A DNA stretch of 46,501 nucleotides. Source: a virus (taxonomy: Duplodnaviria; Caudoviricetes). The notes beneath the pieces are model-generated. The model saw nothing but the letters and a program-made list of their open reading frames with translations, had not been told where the DNA came from and did no database searches. A program made the translations under genes and the position numbers. Of the stretch, positions 46,094 through 46,501 are shown piece by piece. The stretch lies in the IMG/VR virus record IMGVR_UViG_3300005512_000063, positions 1-46,501 of that record. One strand, written 5' to 3'. Numbering within the stretch: the first letter of the stretch is position 1; each line of letters starts with the position of its first letter.

Positions 46094-46501
46094 TATCTAG
46101 TGCAATTGACAATCTTTTCCGGCCGCAGGCCGCATGGCCCGTTAGGGCCTAAAGCAGATATTTTTGCGTATACAAAGCCGTCCTGATTAAAAAACCAGTT
46201 GAAGGCTATATAGGGGTGTATCTGCTCTTAAGATGTCACTAGATATGCTCCTAACATGACGCAGGATTTGTTTACGCATCTCCTGCGTTTTCATTAAAGC
46301 TTTCAACGGAAAGTGTACCTCTTCGAAGACTCCACATTATGTATCCCTTTTTACACGATTACACTAAATTAGACTCTCCACTCTTACCCCCCCCTCCGAA
46401 GTCATCCGCATCATTAAATAAAAACCGCTGATGGGGGGTCCTTAGCGACTCCTTCTCATCGGTATCGTATTGAGAGATTGCGTAAAGGGGGGAGGGGGGC
46501 C

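Noticed and set aside
2993-46307. GTTGAAAG resembles the 3' end of some cyanobacterial CRISPR repeats (possible solitary repeats or RNA anti-CRISPRs)
   Set aside because: There is no conserved upstream repeat body or hairpin. Conservation extends downstream (W-N3-TAG), and placement before start codons fits a promoter better.

Overview
This is a 46.5-kb segment of a cyanobacterial myovirus, most likely of the S-TIM5-like lineage. The evidence is a mitochondrial Pol-gamma-like family A DNA polymerase, Mu-like head and contractile-tail genes scattered on both strands, and cyanophage auxiliary genes (hli, a PebA/PebS-like bilin reductase, a speD-like gene, Dps, a CP12-like peptide). The clearest system is a complete diversity-generating retroelement (DGR) on the minus strand: target with VR, GRNA hairpin, avd, TR, RT. 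All 17 TR/VR mismatches over 119 nt fall at TR adenines. The cassette lies between two same-orientation copies of a recurring GTTGAAAGCW-N3-TAG motif, a probable phage late promoter seen about 20 times just upstream of genes. A truncated paralogue of the DGR target ends exactly in that motif. Other features include a TnpB/IS605 right-end (omegaRNA-like) remnant abutting the tail-sheath promoter, a helically phased 21-bp iteron-like array next to an AT-rich inverted repeat, and a free-standing GIY-YIG endonuclease. There are three tRNA genes: Arg-UCU, an unusual Ile-UAU with a long variable arm, and a degenerate CAU tRNA. Several enzymes have altered catalytic motifs. All family assignments come from motif recognition by eye; no database search was run.
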